From Prorocentrum cordatum (lineage: Eukaryota), in the NCBI GenBank assembly GCA_963575745.1, contig CAUYUJ010000113.1:62001-118090 (forward strand): a DNA stretch of 56,090 nt, written 5' to 3'. Under the pieces are notes generated by a model. The model did no database searches. It saw only the letters and a program-made list of their open reading frames with translations, and was not told where the DNA came from. The position numbers were made by a program, and so were the translations under genes. This document shows, one piece after another, positions 22,201 to 29,399 of the stretch (within the stretch, counting starts at the first letter, position 1; the number at the start of each line of letters is the position of its first letter).

Positions 22201-25200
22201 GCGGCGCTTATGACGGGGTACTTCTTCATGCTCCGCGCGTCGGAGTATTTGGTCCAAGAGGACCGCTCCTGGAGCATGGGACGGGTGGTGCGTGGGCAGG
22301 ACGTACAGGGGATGCGCGGGGGTACACCCAGCGCAAGGCTCAGCGACTGCGATGAGGTAGTACTGACGATCACGTCGTCCAAGACGGACCAGTTTAACGC
22401 AGGTTGCGTACGCAACCATTACCGCTCGGGGGTGGAGTTGTGTGTCGTGGACGCACTCGCCGACCTCCAGAGGGAGCTGCCGGACCGGTTTGGACGAGGA
22501 ACCGAGGCGGGGCTCCCCCTGTTCCGCCGGCCCGATGGCCACCCGATTATGCGGGAGGAGGTGCAGGGGCTCCTCCAACTCGCGGCTGCCGCCTGCGGCG
22601 TGGACGCAGGCCAGATGGGATCCCACTCCCTGCGCATCGGGGGCGCGACGGCGTTGTACCACGCCTGTCGCGACCTGGAAGCGGTCAAGAGGTTCGGGAG
22701 GTGGTCCACGGACGCCTTCCACGGATACCTCTGGGAGGACCATCGGCGTCAGGCTCCATTCGCCCGAGGCATGGCGGAGGGCCACGCCTTATTGGCCCCG
22801 GGCGCCCGCGGTGACGACGGCGCCGCGGCCGGCGCCCGCCCCGACCAGTTGGCCGGGAGCGACCCGCCCCAGTTTGGGAGCGACCTGAGGCCCTCGGAAC
22901 GCCCGGCCTGGGCGCCCGGGCGCCCCCCCTGGGCGCGCCCTTCGGCGCGAGCAGGGTCACGCACGGAGGGGGAAGGAGAGGAGGAGCTGGTGAGATACGA
23001 GCCAGGGCGAGGAGTTAACGGGCGTGTGGGGAAGCAGCAGGCGGGTCCCACGGGTATTCAGGTCAGGGCGGGGGCTTCGCGTTGTGGGGGTATCCCGGTG
23101 GACCTCTCGCCCTCGACCCCCCTTTCGCTACCGCTCCCGATCGCCCCAGGCACGCCCACCTCCTCTTGGTCCTCTCATCCGCAGCCATCTTCCACTCCAG
23201 AGCGAGGCACGCGAGCAGCGCGCGCACCCCAGCCTCGCGCGCCAGCCGCGCCTCCGCCCCGCGCTCCGGCAGCGTACATCATGGGATTCCTGGTGGGCCT
23301 GGTGGCCCCGGACCAGAGCAAGGCGCGTGGCCATGACTACAGCATCATGGCGGTGAACCCCCTCGGCGTCGTCGTCTCGGGGGCCGCGCTGTCGGACGAG
23401 CTCCGGAGTGCCGCCCACAACATCCTGTACACGGTGGTGAACGAGCTGGACAGCGAGGACCTCGTCGAGGTGGTCAACCACGACCACGAAGCAGCCCCGT
23501 GCATCGCGGCGGCTTGCTTGGCCGCGGGGGCGAGCGAGGACCACGGCCAGCTGGTGATCGTCGACGGCAAGCGGGGCGCGTGGGGGGTGGGCGCGGGGCC
23601 GAATATCAAGGTCCAGCGCCAGGCGGCCAAGCTGGCGCTCGCCCTGGCCCAGTTCCAGGGGCAGCCCATGCCGGAGCTCCGCGAGCTCTGCAAGCACAAC
23701 AGGGGGCTGCTCGACATGATGCGCACAGTGGACGCGGAGGCGGTCGTGGAGCTCACCGACGTGGACGACGCCTCGAGCAGGGGCGAGGGGAGGTCGACCC
23801 CAGCCCCGGTCCTCGAGGCGGGAGAGGACGCGGTCACCGCGGCGCTGGCGCGCGCGGCCATCCAGGCTGCAGCGCGGCGCCAGAGCAAAGGCGCTCCAGC
23901 GGAGCGCCCGCGGCCCGCGCGGTCCCCGGGCCAAGAGCGCCTCGCCGAAGAGGTCCGCAAGCGCGAGAGGCGCCCTGCGCCCTTGCGCTCGCCCTCGCGC
24001 GCGAGGCGCCGCGATCGCGAGCGCGATGCGCCTCGCGATCGCGGGCGCAGGGGACAGGAGGAGGAGGCCGTCTTGAAACCCAAGACGGGCGGCGCCCCCC
24101 CGAAGGCCGACATCGTGAAGCGTGAGGCCGTCCTGAAGCCCAAGAGCGGGGGGGCGCCGCCGCGGTCCTTCGAGGTGAAGACCGAGGTGGAGGAGGCGCC
24201 AGGCGCGGGGGACGGGCCGCCCCAGCGCCAGCCGCGCTCGAGGAGCCGCCGTAGGCGCAAGGAGGAGCAGCGCCAGGGCGCCCAGCAGCAGCCCAGTGAC
24301 CAGCACGACGAGGGCGAGTCCATCATCCGCATCGAGCGGGTACCGCACCACGTCGATGCCGAGGTGGTCAGGCAGGTGGTCGTGCCCTTTGGGGTCGTCA
24401 AACACATCGCCTTCCTGTACGACCACCGCCACAAGCGGGAGCCGTGCGTGCTGGTGGAGTTCCAGCGCCGCGCTGACGCAAAGCGCGCGCGGGAGTGCAT
24501 GAGGTCGAACTATCGGTTCTACAAGACGGACCCGTGCACGGTGGTCACGGAGTGGGCGAGCCGACCTCGCGGCCCTGACCCAGGCAGCGACGGGGAGGAT
24601 GGCCCGACCATCCAGCCGCCTGCCTGCCCGACGTGCGCACTCAAGATGCGCTGGAGCTCCTTTGACCCGGGAGACGGTTGGGGTTGCGAGATGTGCCCCG
24701 CGGGCGGAGCTAACAGCGGAGCCCTGCGGTGGCACTGTAAGGGGTGCGACGTGAGCTACTGCGAGGCTTGCCGCGTCGCCTTCGGCAAACCCAAGACGGT
24801 GGTGGAGAAGGCCCGGCGGAGCGGCCACACCGTGCGGGAGGCGCCGGGCCCCAGTGCCGGCCATGGAGAGCGCCCCAGCACGGGTGCCACGGGTGCGGGG
24901 GCTGAGGGGGACCGCCCGCCGGGCGATCTCAGCTGGCCCAAGCGTGAGAGGTCGCCCAGCCGCAACCGGCCCAAGCGCGAGAGGTCGCCCAGCCGCAGTC
25001 TGGCGCGGGACCCAGCGTGGGCGCGGCGCGGCGACACCCCTCCCGGCCGCACGCGGCGTAAGACCGGGAAGCACGCTGGGCAGCTTCGCGCTCCTCGCGG
25101 CGGCTGGTACGAGCAGGAGAAAAAGCGGCGGCGTGCTGCCGCCGCGGAGGCCGCCGCGGGCGGGGGTGGGATCCCAGCCTGGCGTGGCAAGGGCGCGGGC

Positions 25201-25476
25201 GACAAGGGCGGCAAGGGCGGCAAGGTCAAGGGCAAGCACTCCGGCAAGGCCGCCAAGGGCTCCAAGAGCGGCGGCAAGGGCGACAAGAGCGGCAAGGGCG
25301 GCCACTCCAAGGGCGACCAGGGCAGCCGCGGCCGGAGTGAGCGTGACTGGCCCAGCGCGGACGGTCGCGCGTCGAGGGGCGGCGATGGCGGCAGCCCCCG
25401 GGACCCCAGTGAGCGCGGCGGAGACCGCAGCGGAGACGAGAGCCGCGACCGCCAGGGGAACACGCCCTCCATCTAG
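16246..25476 (+). CDS. pol: ORF2 polyprotein (~3076 codons, in frame with ORF1): putative Cys protease, C5-MTase, RT, RNase H, dead C5-MTase-like domain, tyrosine recombinase, RNA-binding tail
   Basis: Uninterrupted frame from the TAG at 16243-16245 to the TAG at 25474-25476; motifs detailed in the domain features; first in-frame ATG is at 16474. Confidence 0.92.
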   Translation, partial: EAVDRGHRGLSSEAADLHEALSCAAGYVTEGGAEVGPVAWDTDGLIGRGSYTFWDGDTRIQWDFIDYRDRLGPTEEMGQAMGLEVGDAEERQCLLLHVAAGVLLLRAGEGTGEPSPDAVQQLAATYRHALWEEAHEALRALGDSPPWITALEADVRSYVHDAVHPHHDKDYRCLAACPVADLDAVTLQVHRVNGSGRLCVDHLMGTGVGAEDHVIPLLIWRGHMRALRPRSHAEAAALGQRWGHAGRLSREIVSVGWREMLDEGPDVEPTVPGKSAPCTHCKAAEGRAGRAVGRAPASFGEHPADVQARLLEANAMPIRHDPAFAYGLIAQEVYAGSGNWSAALRAEGIRVLEPIEYYDDPLRESGPRPDHDTLDPAVRARLQEAARTPMGPDVANVWCWGTPCGSHTDLGLMTQPGGTPQGTRTWEHPEGDGSKEFERVGNSHTQFTCDTCRILHDAGKEFLIESSCPSGRYPKIWDQAPMHELRRATGAMIVPIHMCAWGKAPSDAPESRYRKGSWWLVSPRLYLHALLLARRCPRDHHHVELKDHVPGSGIKRTKEAQVWAPRLCAAWAKVLKGAYHRWSVSQLRRQLAPIWEDGPGASPKIARAEAPGRLQGVDFTGIERLQASGDGSKCGRLSPAMHRALAGLPKPPLGKAQGEVSAGKTRPPCEDPARDIAEDLDGCSPAELATVYLTFCTEHPEYDPEAMRTLVGLGDQLLQRTGSLKEAAALLRRARHERLGNPLRGVLGDKVRRCLSREHFEYVRELAEGGASARRGAPRRRERAQPYPSVRAHIDEAYQKVWADVTWGIVLVASQAAEGFLTELVEAPLGRVPKQLPDRTLSSEGRMIHAMLSANAATHKRDHPPAVQPRHRQVARTAVWHRARHPGARLLCAKRDVSRAFKWLDIAPADVGDFGTSLPGAHAGIEGDVRVVYLAMVFGWTGAPGNYMMLALAARELHESYRPGEPHWHDTTHFHSEWLMDDPVVVEPDIGVRPWMACDALDASIREVFGSEAVNVSKRDAEGEPSTTQIIWGLSMDFERERVGLPEPKAMKMRFLLAEPELSFGCRMVRLRTARELSGLGQFCACAAPALSLELPAVHRMLSGDPGQAYVHPPGDPEMVEAAWDDWHQTLDWLRVCFEMPVEGNFETSFEGLLGLREALALPGALGKLRWLGGDATLDRIGALDWSSREYIVAEAAPYLETLRSAPGVTWQGEGEIIAVVELLCLIALAAEKGPDWFQLLLPYVTDNSNVSRWLRRRRARNAVARHLLRVLAMLELRYKFRVLDGLYLRTYHNELADFITRATVEEVRQRMAEAGWTELSPAAPWGELVEEAAQRELRMPGDDGPWRAAALQVKGAREALPRYAPLQVEGARLLEVGTAWPPFGEAWESLGGSALLAPWDVGDRWDPDDGDHPKDPTGAPRTRWLCVSLSEDPGGREATGLERLLITIRPLAVLLDAPVNYAAVRLGARLRRLGYVALSPETRLLCTHFGDVTARARAVQVWGCGERVRAPSPIPPLGQPCVEPRGLCQLWKEAGRPPLDELRLDLNNGTLLVDPRISTTGDRMMPWPRGTWQPAGGGRAQRVVIHDPRGPCHTARAKPDPLKGYANTLILEGSEGGWTVRALHPKEIWCAQGGTAELWDALGLGGTPIAERMRQAARALPRRTARWVLQWAERLLRQAVEAASAGEAPGARAGVGPDHDRLANDEMVKLWLKAWLQAPDRPSGPFEAALEAGKTTDDAARLADQLDPPATARSTAAGEDGAGGERVGAVTFAVPEGAGMPRPSAMDGVGGEARPPRKARRRARSAPAPALVKPAAWRYAGGGAPKGIQGELTDPRELDATATEAMLAKLAEGTRANYSAGWRNWVLWRRLRGRSPYLQGETRDARLTDEDDLIRYVVYLYKVMKRRATTIRQRLFAIRYAHTLAGFGDVTSDRRRLWTTIEGLRRWDGKAKRKLPATPRMLRWLREYLFAHGTATRREATILWAALMTGYFFMLRASEYLVQEDRSWSMGRVVRGQDVQGMRGGTPSARLSDCDEVVLTITSSKTDQFNAGCVRNHYRSGVELCVVDALADLQRELPDRFGRGTEAGLPLFRRPDGHPIMREEVQGLLQLAAAACGVDAGQMGSHSLRIGGATALYHACRDLEAVKRFGRWSTDAFHGYLWEDHRRQAPFARGMAEGHALLAPGARGDDGAAAGARPDQLAGSDPPQFGSDLRPSERPAWAPGRPPWARPSARAGSRTEGEGEEELVRYEPGRGVNGRVGKQQAGPTGIQVRAGASRCGGIPVDLSPSTPLSLPLPIAPGTPTSSWSSHPQPSSTPERGTRAARAPQPRAPAAPPPRAPAAYIMGFLVGLVAPDQSKARGHDYSIMAVNPLGVVVSGAALSDELRSAAHNILYTVVNELDSEDLVEVVNHDHEAAPCIAAACLAAGASEDHGQLVIVDGKRGAWGVGAGPNIKVQRQAAKLALALAQFQGQPMPELRELCKHNRGLLDMMRTVDAEAVVELTDVDDASSRGEGRSTPAPVLEAGEDAVTAALARAAIQAAARRQSKGAPAERPRPARSPGQERLAEEVRKRERRPAPLRSPSRARRRDRERDAPRDRGRRGQEEEAVLKPKTGGAPPKADIVKREAVLKPKSGGAPPRSFEVKTEVEEAPGAGDGPPQRQPRSRSRRRRKEEQRQGAQQQPSDQHDEGESIIRIERVPHHVDAEVVRQVVVPFGVVKHIAFLYDHRHKREPCVLVEFQRRADAKRARECMRSNYRFYKTDPCTVVTEWASRPRGPDPGSDGEDGPTIQPPACPTCALKMRWSSFDPGDGWGCEMCPAGGANSGALRWHCKGCDVSYCEACRVAFGKPKTVVEKARRSGHTVREAPGPSAGHGERPSTGATGAGAEGDRPPGDLSWPKRERSPSRNRPKRERSPSRSLARDPAWARRGDTPPGRTRRKTGKHAGQLRAPRGGWYEQEKKRRRAAAAEAAAGGGGIPAWRGKGAGDKGGKGGKVKGKHSGKAAKGSKSGGKGDKSGKGGHSKGDQGSRGRSERDWPSADGRASRGGDGGSPRDPSERGGDRSGDESRDRQGNTPSI
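16500..16930 (+). other. putative OTU/papain-fold cysteine protease domain
   Basis: ERQCLLLHVAAG (Cys 16522) and IPLLIWRGHMRAL (His 16912) resemble OTU catalytic Cys-helix and strand-His motifs. Confidence 0.45.
17224..17980 (+). other. C5 cytosine DNA methyltransferase-like domain 1 (catalytic Cys retained)
   Basis: Motif I-like EVYAGSG (17239), motif IV WGTPC (Cys 17455), motif VI-like FLIESS, then MCAWG..YRKGSWWL, C..HHHVEL, AQVWAPRLCAAWA. Confidence 0.7.
18730..19520 (+). other. reverse transcriptase domain (DIRS/Ngaro-type)
   Basis: KRDVSRAFKWL (~18925), AMVFGWTGAPG (~19050), LMDD (19180-19191), IWGLSMD. Confidence 0.92.
19750..20150 (+). other. RNase H domain
   Basis: GGDAT, IAVVELL, VTDNSNV, HNELADFITR: D-E-D-D acidic set. 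Confidence 0.88.
20365..21260 (+). other. C5-MTase-like domain 2, apparently inactive
   Basis: FGDVTARAR (motif VIII-like, 20713) and RALHPKEIWCAQG (motif IX-like, 21109); no FxGxG, PC or ENV (LLEVGT, LCVSLSED, LLDAP at the expected positions). Confidence 0.5.
21775..22740 (+). other. tyrosine recombinase domain
   Basis: N-terminal LAEGTRANYSAGW; catalytic residues MLRASE (R 22234), SKTDQ (K 22381), HSLR (22624), GRW, AFHGY (Y 22726). Confidence 0.95.
24322..24558 (+). other. RNA recognition motif (RRM)
   Basis: IIRIERVPHHVDAEVVRQVVVPFGVVKHI (RNP2, helix, FG) and PCVLVEFQRRADAKRA (RNP1, helix). Confidence 0.75.
24625..24771 (+). other. 8-Cys zinc finger (four CxxC pairs, ZZ-like)
   Basis: CPTC..WGCEMC..RWHCKGCDVSYCEAC. 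Confidence 0.7.
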
Positions 25477-25570
25477 GCGTGGAGCCCCCCCCGTACCCCG
25501 ACGCCAGCGCCCGCGGCATCGCGGGCGCGGGCTGAAGGCGGCGGCCTGTGAGTGAGCCGGCCCTCCTCTC

Positions 25571-25721
25571 AGCCTACCGTGCGCAGGTGGCGCCTGCGAT
25601 CCTTTGAGCCTACGGTACGCAGGTGGCGCCTGCGATCTTCTTTCTTTTAGCCTACGGTACGCAGGTGGCGCCTGCGATCTTCTTTCTTTCAGCCTACGGT
25701 ACGCAGGTGGCGCCTGCGATC
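25571..25721 (+). repeat. four 31-bp hairpin-containing direct repeats in the 3' UTR
   Basis: AGCCTACGGTACGCAGGTGGCGCCTGCGATC (copy 1 has 2 variants) at 25571, 25607, 25649 and 25691; pyrimidine spacers of 5-11 nt. Confidence 0.95.
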
Positions 25722-26040
25722 CTCTCTCTTTGGAGGAGTTTAACTTTGCACGCACGTCGCGTGCTTCCTGGACCCGGCCGTGCCGCGCGTCTTGCGCGCC
25801 GTGCGGTCGGGGCCACACTTGCGCTCTGCGCCCGGCGCATCGTGCGCCGTCCCCTTTCGGTTCTTTTGCGCGCATCGCGCACGCGCCGCGCCCGCGCTCT
25901 GGGTGCGCGGGGCGCGGAAGGCCTCAAGGTTGCAGGCAAGTGGCCGCGCGCGCGAGGCTCTTGCAGCCTCTGGTTCCGCCCTCGCACTCGGGCGGGGCGT
26001 CCCCGCGCGCGCGGCTGCGTCTTTCTTTTCTCATGGCCGA

Positions 26041-26247
26041 GCGGCCGCAGGCGTGCCAGAGCGCGAGCGCGCGGGCCGTCAGGGCCCACGCGCTCGCGTT
26101 GAGCGTGGGGCCATCAGGGCCCACGCCCAGGCGGAGATGCGCGTCGCCACGCTGCCATGAAAATACCATCGCCCTGTCCTGGTCCCCCTCTCGTCCCCTC
26201 CTCTCCTCCTCTCCCTCCGTTGAGTGCACGCGTATCTCACTTAACTT
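26041..26247 (+). repeat. split direct repeat B1 (207 bp)
   Basis: Matches 26382-26588 except G26101 vs T26442. Confidence 0.97.
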
Positions 26248-26350
26248 GTATAGTCTGATTGGTTGTAGACTGCAGGTTAAGTGGGAGGGGGTGTGGGCTC
26301 AGGTAGCCATTTTGGGTCCGTAGCGTTCGGCTCTGGCCGACGCGCGGGTG
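26245..26350 (+). repeat. split direct repeat A2 (106 bp)
   Basis: Identical to A1; overlaps B1 by CTT. Confidence 0.97.
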
Positions 26351-26381
26351 CCCACCCACCCCGCTTTGCTCCCAGACGCCT

Positions 26382-26588
26382 GCGGCCGCAGGCGTGCCAG
26401 AGCGCGAGCGCGCGGGCCGTCAGGGCCCACGCGCTCGCGTTTAGCGTGGGGCCATCAGGGCCCACGCCCAGGCGGAGATGCGCGTCGCCACGCTGCCATG
26501 AAAATACCATCGCCCTGTCCTGGTCCCCCTCTCGTCCCCTCCTCTCCTCCTCTCCCTCCGTTGAGTGCACGCGTATCTCACTTAACTT
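26382..26588 (+). repeat. split direct repeat B2 (207 bp), 3' terminus
   Basis: Copy of B1 ending CACTTAACTT; 31-bp spacer from A2. Confidence 0.97.
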
Positions 26589-27139
26589 TCATTTTACGCA
26601 TGTGAACTCAGACCATCGCGAGGAGTCTTGTTATCGCTCCACACGCATCTCATCAAATCATATTATGCGCGCGCACTCGTTTATCAAAGCACATATTTCC
26701 AAAATCCCTTGCACAAGAATGTGGCGCAGTCCGCGCGCGCGCGTCGTCGCGCACGCATGTCGCAATCCTTACAATGCAATAGTGGTCGCCAGGATTTACG
26801 CCACATCGAAAACATACTGGACACATTTTTTGATGGCAACCGTAGTTGTCAAAACAAGATGCGCACGTGCGCTTGCGAGTTCTAGCGAAGACCATCGATG
26901 TTTTACATGTTCGTCAAATGCGACCACACCAGAATCTTGCGCGCGCTTGCTGGAATCATTCGGGCGCCCTGGCGCGGTTGCTGGTGGGGGGGCGCGATCC
27001 CTGTCAAAAAACACCACGCGGGCCGCTCGCGCGCGCTGGCCGCGCGCGCATGTCGAAATCTTCCTGACACTGGCAGAGATGCGTCAGCCAGCGCCAAGCA
27101 GGCGTCGCCACGTCGTCATCGTCGTCCGCCGTCAGCCTC

Positions 27140-27400
27140 ATCGCTCTGGTCATCATCGTCTCCGCCGCCGTCGACGTCGCTACGGTGCCGCGCCCGCCCG
27201 CGTCGCCGACCCGCGCTGAAGTGCCCGCGCGCTAGCGCGGCCCGGGAGTCGCGTTGGGGCGTCCCCGTCGGTCAGCGCCGCCGCGGCCGCGCAGCGGCCG
27301 CGTGGGGCGGCCGCGTGGGCCGCGCCGTGCTAGCCAGCTTCGCGCGAACTTGCGCCCCCTATTGCGGCCGCAGAGGCGGGCCAGCCAGCGCCGAGCATGC
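27140..27400 (+). repeat. diverged direct repeat, copy 1 (partner at ~37965-38210)
   Basis: CCGACCCGCGCTGAAGTGCCCGCGCGCTAGCGCGGCCCGGGAGTCGCG vs CCGACCCGCGCCGAATTGCCCGCGCGCTGGCGCGGCCCGTGAGTCGCG. Confidence 0.75.
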
Positions 27401-29399
27401 GTCGCCGCCGCCGCCGCCCCGGCGTTGAAAACAAAGTTGCGGGCGGGAGTGCGGGGGTGATTTTGCGAGCGGCCGGGCTGACAGCTCCGAGTTCTTCAGA
27501 AAAGAGTTGCGCCGCGCGGGTTCTCATTTCTGAGAGGACTATGGGCTTTGCCCCTCCTTCGGGTTTATCAACTCATATTGGGATAGTAAAAATGTACACA
27601 ATTATGCCTCACTGTTCATTTCGCGCAAGAATGTTTGAAAACCACTTCGGGCACATTTGATCGACCCCCCGTCATCAAATATTATATGCTCGCACGCTGG
27701 TCTGTCAGACTGAGATGAAGAATCCAAGCGAGAAGCTGCGACTAAGTCCACGCGCGCGCACATGGGGGGATCCCCGCAAAACTTGGCGTTTAAGGTTTCA
27801 GGATCGAGGTCCCCGAATGCAGGGAAAAATTGCCGTCCAACGCTTCTCCTTCAAAAAACATCCGCGCTCTTGCGTTTTTAACGCGTTCCGCCGTTTTCGT
27901 TGAAGGAGACCGCGTCGCGCGCGCGCGTCGAAACAATTCGGCCGCTCTTGCGCGCTGGCACGGGGGGCGCGGCGCCTGGCAAACGACGCCGCGTAGGACA
28001 GTCGCGCGCGCCGGCCTTGCGCGCGTCGATATTTTCAAAGAATTCGCTACGAAGCCATCGGAAGGCTCACTAGGGACTCTTTTAAATTTTCTGCTGTCCC
28101 AGATTCGTATCAGGCTGTTTTGTTGTTGTATTGCGCTTTCGTGTGCAGATGCTGGCTTGTGCGCGGTTGCGCTTTCCCTTGCTTCGCGGCGACAGCTGTT
28201 GTCGACGGCCCCGCCGTGTTCTGTCGCGCTGGCCGCGCGCCGTCGCTGTTGTTCGCGCAGTGCGCGCGCGTTGCTTCGGACGCGGGTCTTGGCGAGCAGA
28301 GGCCGCTCGCGCGCGCGCGCGCCCTGGGGGCGAACAGAGATAATCAGTGCAATTTATCGTGCCATATCCCACCGCCCCCTCCTCCTCTTGCTCTTCGCCC
28401 TTATCGACATCCCTGCCTAGTCCTCCTTGCCTCCCGCCCCCTCGTCTCCCTCGCCCTTCTCTCGCGCCTCGCCACTGCCTCCCCCGCCCCGCTGTTGGCC
28501 CGGGTGGCCGCCCGCAATCGCCGGGGGCGGGGCGGGGCCACGAACCGCGGTTGTTTCTCAGGGCGGCCGCAAGCGGGCCCGCGAGGGCGGCGGTCGTGGC
28601 GCGGCAGTCTGCGAGGTGGGAAAGACGTCGCGGGGGCGCAGATGCCCTCCTCCTCGGCTCGAAATCATATTGTCGTTCCCAAGTCGTCTTCTCCCGCATT
28701 TGCGCCCAACCCCCCCTGCCCCCCATTTCCGTTCTTCAGCGGGCGCGGCTCCAGCCAGAACGACGAGAGCTCCCGGCGATTGCTGCGCGCAGCTTCCGGG
28801 AAACACAGCGGAGTCTTTCAGCGATCTGGCCGCGAGCGCGAGGGGGGCATCTCTGCGTTCGGCCACGCGACCGGTCTCGGAGAAGGCCGCGTATTTTTTT
28901 ACGTTTCCTTGGGGGAGAGATCCCAAACATTCGTGAATGAGCGCAGCGACCAACCTCTGCGACAAAGCTATAAGGGAACGCTACTGCTTCTTTGCAGCGC
29001 GCGAGATGGTTCGGCACGATCGGGCCCTCCAGGCGCCGCGGATGAGAATCCAGGGAGGGGGGGGGGGGGGGGGGGGCGAATTCCTCCGCCATGCGTTGAT
29101 TTCGCAGCGGCGGGGGGGGCATGCGGCCAGCAGACGGGGGAGAGGGGGGGGTCATCGGCAGCGGAGGGGGGGGGGGGGCGCAAGGCGACTCAGGGGTGCC
29201 AGGGGGGGGGGCGGCGGCGGACGAGGCTGGGCAACGGAGTGGGCAGGGCGGCGGGGCCGCGCGCGGGAGGGCGAAAAAGGGGCAAGAAGGGGCCAGGGGG
29301 CTCCAAGGGAGGAGGGGAAGGGTGGACAGGCAGGCTGCTTGTCAAACCCAGAGGTATAGTCGCGAGATTCCGGAGCGCAGCGAATGGCGCGCGATGAAG

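Larger units (their letters stand above)
10982..26588 (+). mobile_element. full-length tyrosine-recombinase (DIRS order) retrotransposon with Ngaro/PAT-type split direct repeats, 15.6 kb
   Basis: A1 10982-11087 = A2 26245-26350; B1 26041-26247 = B2 26382-26588 (1 mismatch); order A1-ORFs-B1-A2-B2; RT, RNase H and YR motifs inside; CTT shared by both ends and the B1/A2 junction. Confidence 0.95.

Noticed and set aside
25571..25721. CRISPR-like appearance of the 31-bp palindromic repeats
   Set aside because: Spacers are only 5-11 nt and near-identical, there are no cas genes, and the array lies in a eukaryotic retrotransposon UTR
23128..25875. 915-aa minus-strand ORF
   Set aside because: Antisense shadow of a GC3-rich plus-strand CDS plus the UTR repeats; no recognisable motifs
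10982..26588. Classical DIRS1 structure (ITRs plus ICR) or a Dam-like N6 MTase
   Set aside because: The repeats are direct and split; no DPPY/NPPF-type motif follows RNase H
28120..29397. 425-aa ORF
   Set aside because: GC-rich low-complexity sequence with G homopolymers; no coding signal
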